A DNA stretch of 64,000 nt, from contig JBLINQ010000003.1 in assembly GCA_047639315.1 (NCBI GenBank), forward strand, positions 10,452-74,451, in the 5' to 3' direction. Source of the stretch: Planctomycetota bacterium (GTDB taxonomy: Bacteria; Planctomycetota; GCA-002687715; DRQF01). This document shows, piece by piece, positions 44,821 to 53,723 of this stretch. Within the stretch, counting starts at the first letter, position 1. Every line of letters begins with the position of its first letter. The position numbers were made by a program, and so were the translations under genes. Under the pieces are notes generated by a model. That model did not search any database and was not told the origin of the DNA. It worked only from the letters and a program-made list of their open reading frames with translations.

Positions 44821-44876
44821 GGACGTTTGTGATGAAACCCGGACGTTTATTGACAGTTTTTTGACAATTCGATGAC
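44821..44876 (+). promoter_or_regulatory. phased direct repeats upstream of the histidine kinase/response regulator operon (candidate OmpR-family binding sites and/or promoter)
   Basis: GGACGTTT occurs at 44821 and 44841, a 20-bp spacing. TGACA occurs at 44851, 44862 and 44872, a 10-11 bp spacing. The middle copy forms TTGACA at 44861-44866. Confidence 0.4.
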
Positions 44877-44897
44877 AGCGGCGGTTAGTTTTTCACC

Positions 44898-46697
44898 ATG
44901 ACTGCCCAACGTTCCAAGTTGACATGGTTTCTCGCCCTCGTGCTCTTTTCGGCAGCCGGGCTCGTTGCCTTTGGTCTTTTAGGTCTGCAAAAGAGCGCAA
45001 AAAAAGCCAGAGCGACAGCACGCCAAGAAGCGGAACGCGCCGCCTCGTCTTTGGCGCGAAGCCTCACTCAATCTGTTCGTGATCCCTCTTTCTTGTCCGC
45101 CATGCCCCAAACTTCTCGTTTTGAACTGAACGTTGATGGGCAACTCGTGATCCCCCCTCGCTTGGGTTGGATCAAGGCCCCGTCGCTCCGAGATATCAAC
45201 ATGGAGCCGGGTTGGCTGGCACTGAAGGCATCGGAGTCAGCACAGAAGCAGGAATTCGTGGCTCATGATCTAAGTGCGGCCATCGCGACCTTAGAGCAAG
45301 CCGCTGCCGAATCGGAAAGCGAATTCGACCACGGATTCCTCCTGGCGCGAGGCGCTTGGACGGCCCATCGTGCTCAAGACACAAAGAGGCGGTCGAAGTT
45401 TCTGGAGCAGTTCTGGGGCATCGAGAATGTTAGCCCCCGCGACAAGGGGGCTGCCATTCGTTTGGAGTCGTTAGTCACCCGTTCGCTCTCTTCCCAGGGC
45501 GAGCGCTATCTCCTCCATTTGCCCCCGGAGTCAGCATTGGCCTTTGTTGATCGCTTGTCCAGTTTGGGCAAGACGAAGGTCAGTGACCTTCACTTCAAAC
45601 TGCGTTCGGTTCATAATCAACGTCAATCTCTACTTCTCGTCATGGATCAACTTGAATCACTCCGCGCCGCCAAGGCGCCGGTCTTTCGCAAGGCCGAGTC
45701 TCAGTTGTTGATCTACTTTCCCCAAAAAAATGGCGGCCGCGGAGTTGTCATTGAGCCAGCCTCCTTGGTCAGCAAGCTTGGCTTTGAAGCCAATCGCTTT
45801 CACGTTGGCCCGGTTCTGCCCAAGGGCGCAATCGCTGCCTTGCCAATGATCGCAGTCCCCGTGACAGAAGTGGAGGACGGAGAAGGCTGGACCGATTCCG
45901 GCTTTGTTCCTTTCTTGTTGGGGCTTTTGGCTCTGACTTTATGTCTCGGCCTGTTCTTGACGCTACGAGCCGTCAGGCGGGAAGCCTTGGCAGCTCAATC
46001 ACGGACCGATTTCTTGACCAGCGTGACTCATGAGTTGAAGACGCCCCTGGCTTCGATTCGCCTTCTGGCCGAGATGTTGGAGAGCGACATGGTTCCCGAC
46101 GAGGACCGGCGTAAAGAATATCATCGCCTCCTTTCGGGCGAATCGGCTCGCTTGACGATGCTGATCGAGAACGTTCTCGACCTTGGCCGGATGGAGCGCG
46201 GAGAACGCGCCTACGACAAGAGACCTTGCCAGCTTCAAGAGATCATCGAGGAGGCTGTAGCACTCTTTGCTCCTATCGCAAAACGGGACGGCATGTCAGT
46301 CGAGGTTGACCTGAAAGACCAGGATGAGATGTCTGTTGTCGATCGTGGTGCGATGGTTCAAGTGCTGCTGAATCTGCTCGAGAACGCCAAGAAGTATGCC
46401 AAATCTGGTCAAGTGGTTGAACTCTACGGGGCGAAAGTTGGCGACCACTATCGACTTCTCATCCGCGATTACGGTCCTGGAATCCCCGAATCTGAAAGGA
46501 CCGTCGTCTTTGAACGTTTTCAAAGGGGAGCGGCCCAGTCCGATGGCCGTATTGCTGGTGTCGGCTTAGGTCTTTATCTCGCACGCCGCATCCTGCGCGA
46601 CCACGACGGCGACTTAAAGTGTATCGCTGCACCCGATTCGAAGGGTGGTGCGTGTTTTGAGTGGTCAGTTCCACTGAGAGAGAATCATGACAGCTAG
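44898..46697 (+). CDS. sensor histidine kinase (two TM, HisKA + HATPase_c)
   Basis: The H-box is FLTSVTHELKTPLASI, the N-box is LLNLLENAKKY, G1 is IRDYGPGIP and G2 is GVGLGLYLAR. Confidence 0.9.
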   Translation: MTAQRSKLTWFLALVLFSAAGLVAFGLLGLQKSAKKARATARQEAERAASSLARSLTQSVRDPSFLSAMPQTSRFELNVDGQLVIPPRLGWIKAPSLRDINMEPGWLALKASESAQKQEFVAHDLSAAIATLEQAAAESESEFDHGFLLARGAWTAHRAQDTKRRSKFLEQFWGIENVSPRDKGAAIRLESLVTRSLSSQGERYLLHLPPESALAFVDRLSSLGKTKVSDLHFKLRSVHNQRQSLLLVMDQLESLRAAKAPVFRKAESQLLIYFPQKNGGRGVVIEPASLVSKLGFEANRFHVGPVLPKGAIAALPMIAVPVTEVEDGEGWTDSGFVPFLLGLLALTLCLGLFLTLRAVRREALAAQSRTDFLTSVTHELKTPLASIRLLAEMLESDMVPDEDRRKEYHRLLSGESARLTMLIENVLDLGRMERGERAYDKRPCQLQEIIEEAVALFAPIAKRDGMSVEVDLKDQDEMSVVDRGAMVQVLLNLLENAKKYAKSGQVVELYGAKVGDHYRLLIRDYGPGIPESERTVVFERFQRGAAQSDGRIAGVGLGLYLARRILRDHDGDLKCIAAPDSKGGACFEWSVPLRENHDS

Positions 46698-47397
46698 GAT
46701 CTTGATCGTCGAAGACGACCCAACCATACGCATGGCCTTAGAAGATGCCTTTAAGGCTGAAGGTTATGACGTCACCGTTGCGCCAGATGGACTTCGAGGC
46801 GAAGAATTGCTCTTCAGTCGCCACTTCTCTTTAGTCCTCCTCGATCTGATGATGCCAGGCAAAGGCGGATTAGAGGTCCTGAAGCAGATTCGCGAGGCCA
46901 GCATCATGACCCCTGTCATCTTGTTGACCGCTCGAAGCGACGAGAACGATAAAGTTCTTGGCCTCGAACTGGGAGCAGACGACTACGTCACCAAACCATT
47001 TAGCTTGCGCGAGCTCTTGGCCCGCGTACGAGTTCTCTTGAGAAAAGAAGAACGCGTTCTCGATCTCTTGCGAGTCGAAGCGCCGGCTCAGCAGTTCTCC
47101 ATCGGGGAATCCGTTGTTGATCTGGAGACTCTTGAGCTCAACAAAGGAGAAAAGGTGTGGCCACTCACCCCGAAGGAGGCAGCGATGCTGCACCTATTCT
47201 TCAGAGAATCAGGAAAAATCATCAGCCGCGGACGTTTTCTGAGCGAAGTCTGGGGCGGTGGAGAAGCTGTGACTAATCGCACAGTCGACACTCATATCCT
47301 TAATCTACGCAAGAAGTTAGAGCACGACCCGAAAGAACCACAGTTTCTCATAACCGTCCATGGGGCTGGCTACAAAATGGTCCTGACAACTTCCTGA
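46687..47397 (+). CDS. OmpR/PhoB-family response regulator
   Basis: The receiver domain reads ILIVEDDP, LLDLMMPG, LTAR and GADDYVTKPF. The winged helix reads LTPKEAAMLHLF, RTVDTHILNLRKKL and GAGYKM. There is an 11-nt overlap with the kinase gene. Confidence 0.92.
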   Translation: MTARILIVEDDPTIRMALEDAFKAEGYDVTVAPDGLRGEELLFSRHFSLVLLDLMMPGKGGLEVLKQIREASIMTPVILLTARSDENDKVLGLELGADDYVTKPFSLRELLARVRVLLRKEERVLDLLRVEAPAQQFSIGESVVDLETLELNKGEKVWPLTPKEAAMLHLFFRESGKIISRGRFLSEVWGGGEAVTNRTVDTHILNLRKKLEHDPKEPQFLITVHGAGYKMVLTTS

Positions 47398-47496
47398 CAT
47401 GCCTTTGACGACCACCAGACATTCGGTTCTGAGAATTGGCGACAAAAGGGGCAGAGCGAATGAACACCAGGCCCCAACTCCAAGAGGAGAAGTAAA

Positions 47497-50364
47497 GTGA
47501 AAAGAACTATAGCAGCCTTTATCGTCGCAGTGACATCCTTCGTCTTTGCCCAGCAGGAAGATCAAGCCGAACTATCCCGTGCTGATTTCGACAAGGCGGT
47601 CCAAGTCGAAACGATGGAAGGTGATCTGGTCAGCGCAGTCAACCTCTATGCTCGTGCCGCCGACAACGAAACTCTCGATGATATCACCCGCACTCGTGCT
47701 CGCTACCGGATGGGACTCATCTACCGGAGGCTCGGCCAAGATCACGACGCCGATCGTGTCTTGAAGCAGGCCGCCAAGGGTAAAGGCCCAGCCGCCAAGA
47801 ACGCCGAAAATGTTTTGGCAGGCAAGAAGCCTCAAGACGAAAAAGACTGGTCGGTCCAGGGTCGCATTCACCGGTCGATCTCAAAGCTGTATCGCTCGAC
47901 GAATTATCCTATCGGCATCAGTGAATTGACTCTCATTGGGGAACCGGCTGTGCCGCCTCTGGTCGAAGCGGTTCACAACGAGAAGAACGATCTGACCTTT
48001 GTTAAACGAGGTGTCTCTGCTTTGATTGCCATTGGTGGCCCAGCAGTCGCTTCTTGGATCGACAGCGTGGCCGACGAAAAAGATCTGTTCTACCGCCGCA
48101 CGGTTCTGGATGCGATTTACTCCGGCATCGAGTCGGTCAAAGGCAACAAGACTAAATTGTCGACTGCGAGTATGACGGCCGGCATTCGGCGCTTTATGCT
48201 CGACCCAGATTCAAGCACAGCCCAACGGGCCATTGCCGTTCTCGCCAAACTCAAATCACGAACCAATGAAGCCGAAGTCTTGGCGGTTCTTCGGCGCAGC
48301 GAGCCAGAGGTTGTGACCTCTTTTCTGCGCTCCGCCAGCTCGTTGCGCCTTCGGGACTTGGTGAGCGGGAATCCAGATTTTGTTGACCAGATAGCGACTC
48401 AGCTCAAGGCGCACTTCTTGTCTGGCCCCTTGGAGTTGCAGCAAAAGATCATGCGCTTCGCCCAAAGTCACTATGGGCTAAGTAAAGAGACCGCCCATCA
48501 TTTCTACGAGTTGATGGCGCTGGCGAAGGGCCCTATCGCTCAAGATCGTTTGTGGGCCAATGGTCTTGGTTTCTACAACTTGAATAATAATGGCGAAGTG
48601 ATTCCGGCCGCCAAGTTCTTAGCGTTCGCCAACAACTTTCCTAAGGACTTCTTTCACAACATCGATCAAACTGACTGGAATCTACTGCGAGAGAAATTCC
48701 CTCGTCAGAGTGGTTTTCTGAGCGGCATCCTAAACATGAACTCCTATTGGAAGTCTAATGATGTGCCAGCTATGATCGAACTCTTGCGACTCGGCGCCTC
48801 CTTTGAAGGGGACGGCTTCCAAAACCACCTCATCAAAGTTTCAGAGCCAGAACAACTGGGCTACTTGCTGGACAACCTGAGCCTCTTTTCTCGTCCCTAC
48901 AACATTGCTAATCGCGCCGTGATCCAAGACCCAAATCCAGCATACGAAGCGCCGTTGGTCAATTGGGTTAACGAATATCTATCACGAGATCATTCGGAAA
49001 AGGGCTGGTCCCAATCCTTTTCTTGGTCATTCATCCGAGCGATCGCCCATCAACGAACACCGGCGATGAATACCTTCTTGGTTGAATTGGCTGCCAAGGA
49101 AGCGAAGCTCTATCGGGCGATCGCCAACTCGGTCACCATGCCCAATATCTTCACCGAGGAGGTCCTGCCGACCTTCCGGGTGTTGCTTGCCATGGATTGC
49201 GACGAAAAAGACGCCGGCCTGTCTCGCTTCGAACTTTGGGTGCCGCTCTATCGTCATGGCGACCCCAAGGACATTCCCCTGTTGGTGGCTGCCGCCCGCA
49301 AGGGTCTCGGCAATTCCAAGAGAGTCAAGAGCAGTCGCCGCAAGAAAAATAGCCCAGAGTGGGGGTGCGGAACATTGCCTTTCCGCGAGCCTACAAAATT
49401 CACACCGGAACAGCGTGCCTCCATCTTTGCCCAGGTCATCAAAGGTCGTGAGGAAGATCTCGAAGAGTTTATCCTGGAGGGCTTGGAGGACTACAGCAAG
49501 TCATCCGGTTCGTCGGCCGAAGAGTTCTCGGCACCTCTGGTACTCATGGTTGCCGATACGGTCTTTGCACTCGAGGACAAAGCTCAAGAGCATATTCTGA
49601 AGTTCGTCTTGGCTATGGGCATCACCAAGATGGAGCCAGCCAAAACTTGGGTCTTGCGTGCATTGAAAGATCTACCAAACACCCTGATGTATCGTCTCCT
49701 GGGCGAACTCGAAAGTAAGTTTGACAAGGACACCGAAGCAGCGTTAAAGGCGCTCCTGAATGGAACAGATGATCGGATTACAACAGCGGTTCTCGATAGC
49801 TTAGACTCTCACGGCGATGGTAGGTTCACTGACGACATCGCTAAGCTTCTCGTGCACCAATCCTCTTCCGTAAGAGTGGGCGCAATCCGCGCCTTGGTGG
49901 CGATCGAACGCGAGAAATCAGTGCCCACAATTTTGCCCTTGGCATCTGATATCAGTGCTTATGTTCGCAAGACACTTTGTGGATTGTTGGGTGAAGTGCC
50001 TGAGCGAACAGTCGTCCCCGTCCTGGTTGAAGCGCTGCGTGATCCAAATGAGGAAGTGCGCAAGGCAGCAGAGGCTTCCTTGAAGCGAGTTCAGTTTTAC
50101 TTTGACCAGAAGAAAAATTGGGATCGTTTCCTCAACGACGCCGGCCTCGATGCAACCAGTGCTGTCTCAGCCCTGTTGAAGCAGGCCAAGGTCGGGAACG
50201 ACCAGGCCATTCGGTTGATCGCGATTGAATCGTTGGGGACTCTTGGTGTGGCGGAAACTTTGCCAATCCTCATTCAGTTCATGACTGAGGGCGACGCCGA
50301 GATCCAGGCTGCTGCCAAGTTGGCCATAGACAAGATCAACAGTAAGCCCGCGCCCAAAAAGTAG
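47497..50364 (+). CDS. secreted TPR/HEAT-repeat protein
   Basis: GTG start with an AGAGGAGAAG RBS. The signal peptide is MKRTIAAFIVAVTSFVFAQQ. C-terminal PBS-lyase-type HEAT repeats are present (SSSVRVGAIRALVAI, VPVLVEALRDPNEEVRKAAEASL, AIRLIAIESLGTLG). Confidence 0.75.
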   Translation: MKRTIAAFIVAVTSFVFAQQEDQAELSRADFDKAVQVETMEGDLVSAVNLYARAADNETLDDITRTRARYRMGLIYRRLGQDHDADRVLKQAAKGKGPAAKNAENVLAGKKPQDEKDWSVQGRIHRSISKLYRSTNYPIGISELTLIGEPAVPPLVEAVHNEKNDLTFVKRGVSALIAIGGPAVASWIDSVADEKDLFYRRTVLDAIYSGIESVKGNKTKLSTASMTAGIRRFMLDPDSSTAQRAIAVLAKLKSRTNEAEVLAVLRRSEPEVVTSFLRSASSLRLRDLVSGNPDFVDQIATQLKAHFLSGPLELQQKIMRFAQSHYGLSKETAHHFYELMALAKGPIAQDRLWANGLGFYNLNNNGEVIPAAKFLAFANNFPKDFFHNIDQTDWNLLREKFPRQSGFLSGILNMNSYWKSNDVPAMIELLRLGASFEGDGFQNHLIKVSEPEQLGYLLDNLSLFSRPYNIANRAVIQDPNPAYEAPLVNWVNEYLSRDHSEKGWSQSFSWSFIRAIAHQRTPAMNTFLVELAAKEAKLYRAIANSVTMPNIFTEEVLPTFRVLLAMDCDEKDAGLSRFELWVPLYRHGDPKDIPLLVAAARKGLGNSKRVKSSRRKKNSPEWGCGTLPFREPTKFTPEQRASIFAQVIKGREEDLEEFILEGLEDYSKSSGSSAEEFSAPLVLMVADTVFALEDKAQEHILKFVLAMGITKMEPAKTWVLRALKDLPNTLMYRLLGELESKFDKDTEAALKALLNGTDDRITTAVLDSLDSHGDGRFTDDIAKLLVHQSSSVRVGAIRALVAIEREKSVPTILPLASDISAYVRKTLCGLLGEVPERTVVPVLVEALRDPNEEVRKAAEASLKRVQFYFDQKKNWDRFLNDAGLDATSAVSALLKQAKVGNDQAIRLIAIESLGTLGVAETLPILIQFMTEGDAEIQAAAKLAIDKINSKPAPKK

Positions 50365-50390
50365 AGAGACGCCTTATGGCGAGGGATTTT

Positions 50391-50429
50391 GGCCGAGGGT
50401 CACGCAAGTGATGCTCGGCCTCTTTTTTT
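50391..50429 (+). terminator. candidate rho-independent terminator
   Basis: A 7-bp stem GGCCGAG / CTCGGCC with a 16-nt loop is followed by TCTTTTTTT. Confidence 0.5.
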
Positions 50430-50542
50430 GTCTCTGTTTTCACTCGATCGTGACAACTCGCTCTTTGGACGTCGCATCCGCTCTTCCTGTCTGGACAATT
50501 CTTAAATCTTGGAAACGAGAGGCCTCGCGCTATGATGCCTTT

Positions 50543-51220
50543 ATGAGTGACGACACATCAGGGTTTATTCCCCTTGAACACAAGCGACTCGAGCCAAAGG
50601 AAATGGAAGCTCAAGGCGAGGCCTTTCTGCAAGACTTGGACTCTCGGAGGAGCGTTCGCTTTTTCTCGGATCAACCGGTTCCTAAGCGTCTCATCGAACT
50701 TGCCATTGAAGCTGCCAGCACCGCCCCCAGCGGCGCTCATATGCAGCCATGGACCTTCGTGGCGATCTCCGATGCCAATATCAAACGTGAGATCCGCATC
50801 GCCGCCGAAAAGGAAGAGTATATTTCCTATGAAGGCGGCCGCATGAAAGAAGAGTGGCTGAGAGACTTAGCCCCACTCGGGACCGATTGGCACAAGCCAT
50901 TCTTAGAGACCGTCCCTTGGATTGTTGTCTTGATGGCACAGCGGCGCGGCAAGACGGAAGAGGGCAACATTAAGAAGCACTATTATGTGCAAGAGAGTGT
51001 TGGCATTGCTGCTGGTTTGTTTATTGCAGCGCTTCACAAGATGGGGCTTTGCACCCTCACTCATACACCAAGCCCGATGGCCTTCTTGCAAGAGATCCTT
51101 GAACGGCCGAAGAACGAAGTGCCATTCATTCTTTTCCCCATCGGCTTTCCCACCGACGACTGTGTCGTGCCCGACTTAAAACGCAAGCCTCTCGATGACG
51201 TGAGTGTTTGGTTCGAGTGA
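50543..51220 (+). CDS. nitroreductase-superfamily flavoprotein, iodotyrosine deiodinase (IYD)-like
   Basis: ATG at 50543. RRSVRFFSDQPVP, STAPSGAHMQPWTFV, EEYISYEGGRM..EWL.DL, HYYVQESVGIA and VPDLKRKPLDDV parallel the animal and bacterial IYD subfamily as I recall it. Confidence 0.75.
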   Translation: MSDDTSGFIPLEHKRLEPKEMEAQGEAFLQDLDSRRSVRFFSDQPVPKRLIELAIEAASTAPSGAHMQPWTFVAISDANIKREIRIAAEKEEYISYEGGRMKEEWLRDLAPLGTDWHKPFLETVPWIVVLMAQRRGKTEEGNIKKHYYVQESVGIAAGLFIAALHKMGLCTLTHTPSPMAFLQEILERPKNEVPFILFPIGFPTDDCVVPDLKRKPLDDVSVWFE

Positions 51221-51260
51221 GTGACGCCGATTTCTTGTTGAAGTTCCGCCGACCAAGCAC

Positions 51261-52526
51261 TCAGAGCAAAGAGACCGGATGTCGCACTTCGACATCAAGG
51301 CCGCGCCCTGCGATCCCTTTTTGCCATTGCATCAGGCATCCCGGGTTGCCGGTGAGAAGGACCTTGGCGCCACTGCGCTCAAGGTCGTCCAACTTTTCCT
51401 CAAGAATCGCGTCGCTCATTTCCGGTTGGGTAAGATTGTAGATTCCTGCGGCGCCGCAGCATCGGTCAAAACCATCCAAGGGAACCACGTCCAAATCAGG
51501 AATACGATTGATGACGGCAAGTGGTCCGGTCTGACATCCTTGGGCATGGTGTAAATGGCAGGGTGCATCGTAGCAGACCGGCCCCAGGTCTTGACCACCT
51601 CGTGGGGTGAGATCTTCGCGAGCGAAGAGCTCCAGGATATCGATGACCTTGGCGGAAACTTTTTTGGCCTGGGCTGACTCCGGGTCACTGGCAAACCACT
51701 CGGCGTATTCAGCCATGGCCGCGCCACAGCCAGCCGAGTTGAAAACAATCCAGTCGACATCGGAGGTGAGGAAGCTCTCGATGTTTTGACGCGCAAGTTT
51801 CTTGGCGCTGTCTTGATCTCCGGCATGGATATGAAGGGCACCACAACAGGTTTGTGATTTTGGCACCACGACGTCGTAGCCCTGAGCCACAAGAGCATCC
51901 ACTGTTTGCCGGTTTGTGTCACCAAATAATTCTGGCATCACGCACCCAGCAAGAAAGCCAACACGCCCGCGTTTGGCCGTCGTTGCTTCTGTCAGTTCAG
52001 GAAGAGGGCGCCGGTCTTTTTTTGCCGGCACAACAGGAACAGTGGCTTCCATTCGACGGAGTGTCGCAGGCAAGATGCGATTGATGCCGAGGCCATGAAC
52101 GGCTTTTCTGATGCCCCAATGCGTGTAGCACCGCGTCATCGTTGCGGCGATGGACATCCACCTTCTACTTGGCAAGACTCGCTTCAGCATGAAGGCTTCG
52201 AATGAACGTCCGAGAAATCCTCGTTTCGATTTCGTGTGGATCTCGTGCCGCGTGATTTCCATCATGGCACCAAACTGCACAGCCGATGGACAGGTTGATT
52301 CACACGCCCGACAAAGAAGACAGAGCTCCATGGGCTCTTTAACTCCGTCGTCAATTTGAAGCTCGCCTTCGGCCAGGGCGCGCATGAGAGAGATGCGTCC
52401 TCGTGGGCCGTCAATCTCATTGCCCGTGACTTGATAGGTCGGGCAGGCCGACAAGCAAAGACCGCAATGAATGCAGTCGAGACTTTTCTCATAACGCAGG
52501 AGGAGTTCTTTGGCTCGATCTTCCAT
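51261..52526 (-). CDS. glcF: glycolate oxidase iron-sulfur subunit
   Basis: Two 4Fe-4S motifs (CIHCGLCLSACP and CLLCRACESTCP) and two CCG motifs (TCCGA, RCCGAAG) are present. Confidence 0.85.
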   Translation of the reverse strand: MEDRAKELLLRYEKSLDCIHCGLCLSACPTYQVTGNEIDGPRGRISLMRALAEGELQIDDGVKEPMELCLLCRACESTCPSAVQFGAMMEITRHEIHTKSKRGFLGRSFEAFMLKRVLPSRRWMSIAATMTRCYTHWGIRKAVHGLGINRILPATLRRMEATVPVVPAKKDRRPLPELTEATTAKRGRVGFLAGCVMPELFGDTNRQTVDALVAQGYDVVVPKSQTCCGALHIHAGDQDSAKKLARQNIESFLTSDVDWIVFNSAGCGAAMAEYAEWFASDPESAQAKKVSAKVIDILELFAREDLTPRGGQDLGPVCYDAPCHLHHAQGCQTGPLAVINRIPDLDVVPLDGFDRCCGAAGIYNLTQPEMSDAILEEKLDDLERSGAKVLLTGNPGCLMQWQKGIAGRGLDVEVRHPVSLL

Positions 52527-52529
52527 CGC

Positions 52530-53723
52530 TTAGAAGCTCCCCGCTATTGGTCGCTTGGGCATGAGAATCCCGACCGGATCGAAGGCGATCTTGATGCGAT
52601 CACCAATCTTCCTGGCACCCGCTGCCGGGTGCGTGAAGCGGTCCCAACGCCCTTCGCGGTCACTGAGTTCGTCTGGTAAGGAGGCGACGGCATGATGATC
52701 TTCTTCGATCTTCTTGACATCGATTTCTGTGATTTCTTGGCTCAGATCGAAGGCCCGCGAGCAAGTGAAATCAATGCTCGCTCTTTGCATATCAACGACC
52801 AGTCCCCAGCTATGATCTGATTGCTCAACAGGGAGCTCTGCCGTGGCCAAGCTGACACGACTCGGAGGTAGGGTCAGCTTCAAGTGAAAAGGTTGGCTGG
52901 AAGGAAATTGACAGACTTCCTGCCATAAGGCCCTGCTCTCTTCCCCTTCGAGTTGATCAACAGGACAGTCAAAGTGGACTAAAGATTCACCTAACTGCAC
53001 GATCGAATCAGAACTGCCTTCGGCTCGAACGAAGATGAGCGGACCACCATCTTGATCATGCAGTGCCGCTCCCGCGACAACAACGATGGCTGTCAAGACG
53101 TGCAGGCTCTGACGCAACGCCATGGCAACTTCGAAACTGCGCTCGATGGTTTTTGTTTGGAGGACAAAGGTGGCTTCTCTGGGAGGCTGAGGCCTCAACC
53201 GAAAGGTCACCTCTGTAATAATGCCCAAGCTTCCGGCGCTGCCGCAGAGAAGCCGAACGAAATCGTATCCCGTCACATTCTTGACGACTCGGCCACCACC
53301 AACAAGACGGCGTCCATCGCCAGAGAAGGCTTCGATCCCGAGGACTTGCCCAGCCACGCCACCGTGCGTGTTGGCAATGAAACCGCCAGTTCCCATGCCG
53401 ACCAATGCACCGACGGTGGTCGTTTCTGGATTTGGCAATTCGACTGTGAGTCTTTGACCCTGCTTCGCGACAATGCGTTGAATGTCAGCGACCTTCGCTC
53501 CAACTTCCACGGTCATGGTGAGGTCGTCGGCGGCATAGGAGATCACTTGATCGAGTTCAGCCAGGCTGATCACGCAGTGGTCTTCCTCTCCCTCTAACAG
53601 CGGCGGCATGGTTGCGCTGCTCGTCGGAATGATGGCAGTGCCATCATTGGCACAAACACCAATCAACTGGCGCAACTCCTCTTGATTCCGGATTGCTACG
53701 AACTGACCTTCGCATGTGCTCAT
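52530..53723 (-). CDS. glcE: glycolate oxidase FAD-binding subunit
   Basis: ATG at 53723 forms an ATGA overlap with the glcD stop. A FAD_binding_4-like region VKNVTGYDFVRLLCGSAGSLGIITEVTFRL is present, and the gene sits between glcD and glcF. Confidence 0.8.
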   Translation of the reverse strand: MSTCEGQFVAIRNQEELRQLIGVCANDGTAIIPTSSATMPPLLEGEEDHCVISLAELDQVISYAADDLTMTVEVGAKVADIQRIVAKQGQRLTVELPNPETTTVGALVGMGTGGFIANTHGGVAGQVLGIEAFSGDGRRLVGGGRVVKNVTGYDFVRLLCGSAGSLGIITEVTFRLRPQPPREATFVLQTKTIERSFEVAMALRQSLHVLTAIVVVAGAALHDQDGGPLIFVRAEGSSDSIVQLGESLVHFDCPVDQLEGEESRALWQEVCQFPSSQPFHLKLTLPPSRVSLATAELPVEQSDHSWGLVVDMQRASIDFTCSRAFDLSQEITEIDVKKIEEDHHAVASLPDELSDREGRWDRFTHPAAGARKIGDRIKIAFDPVGILMPKRPIAGSF

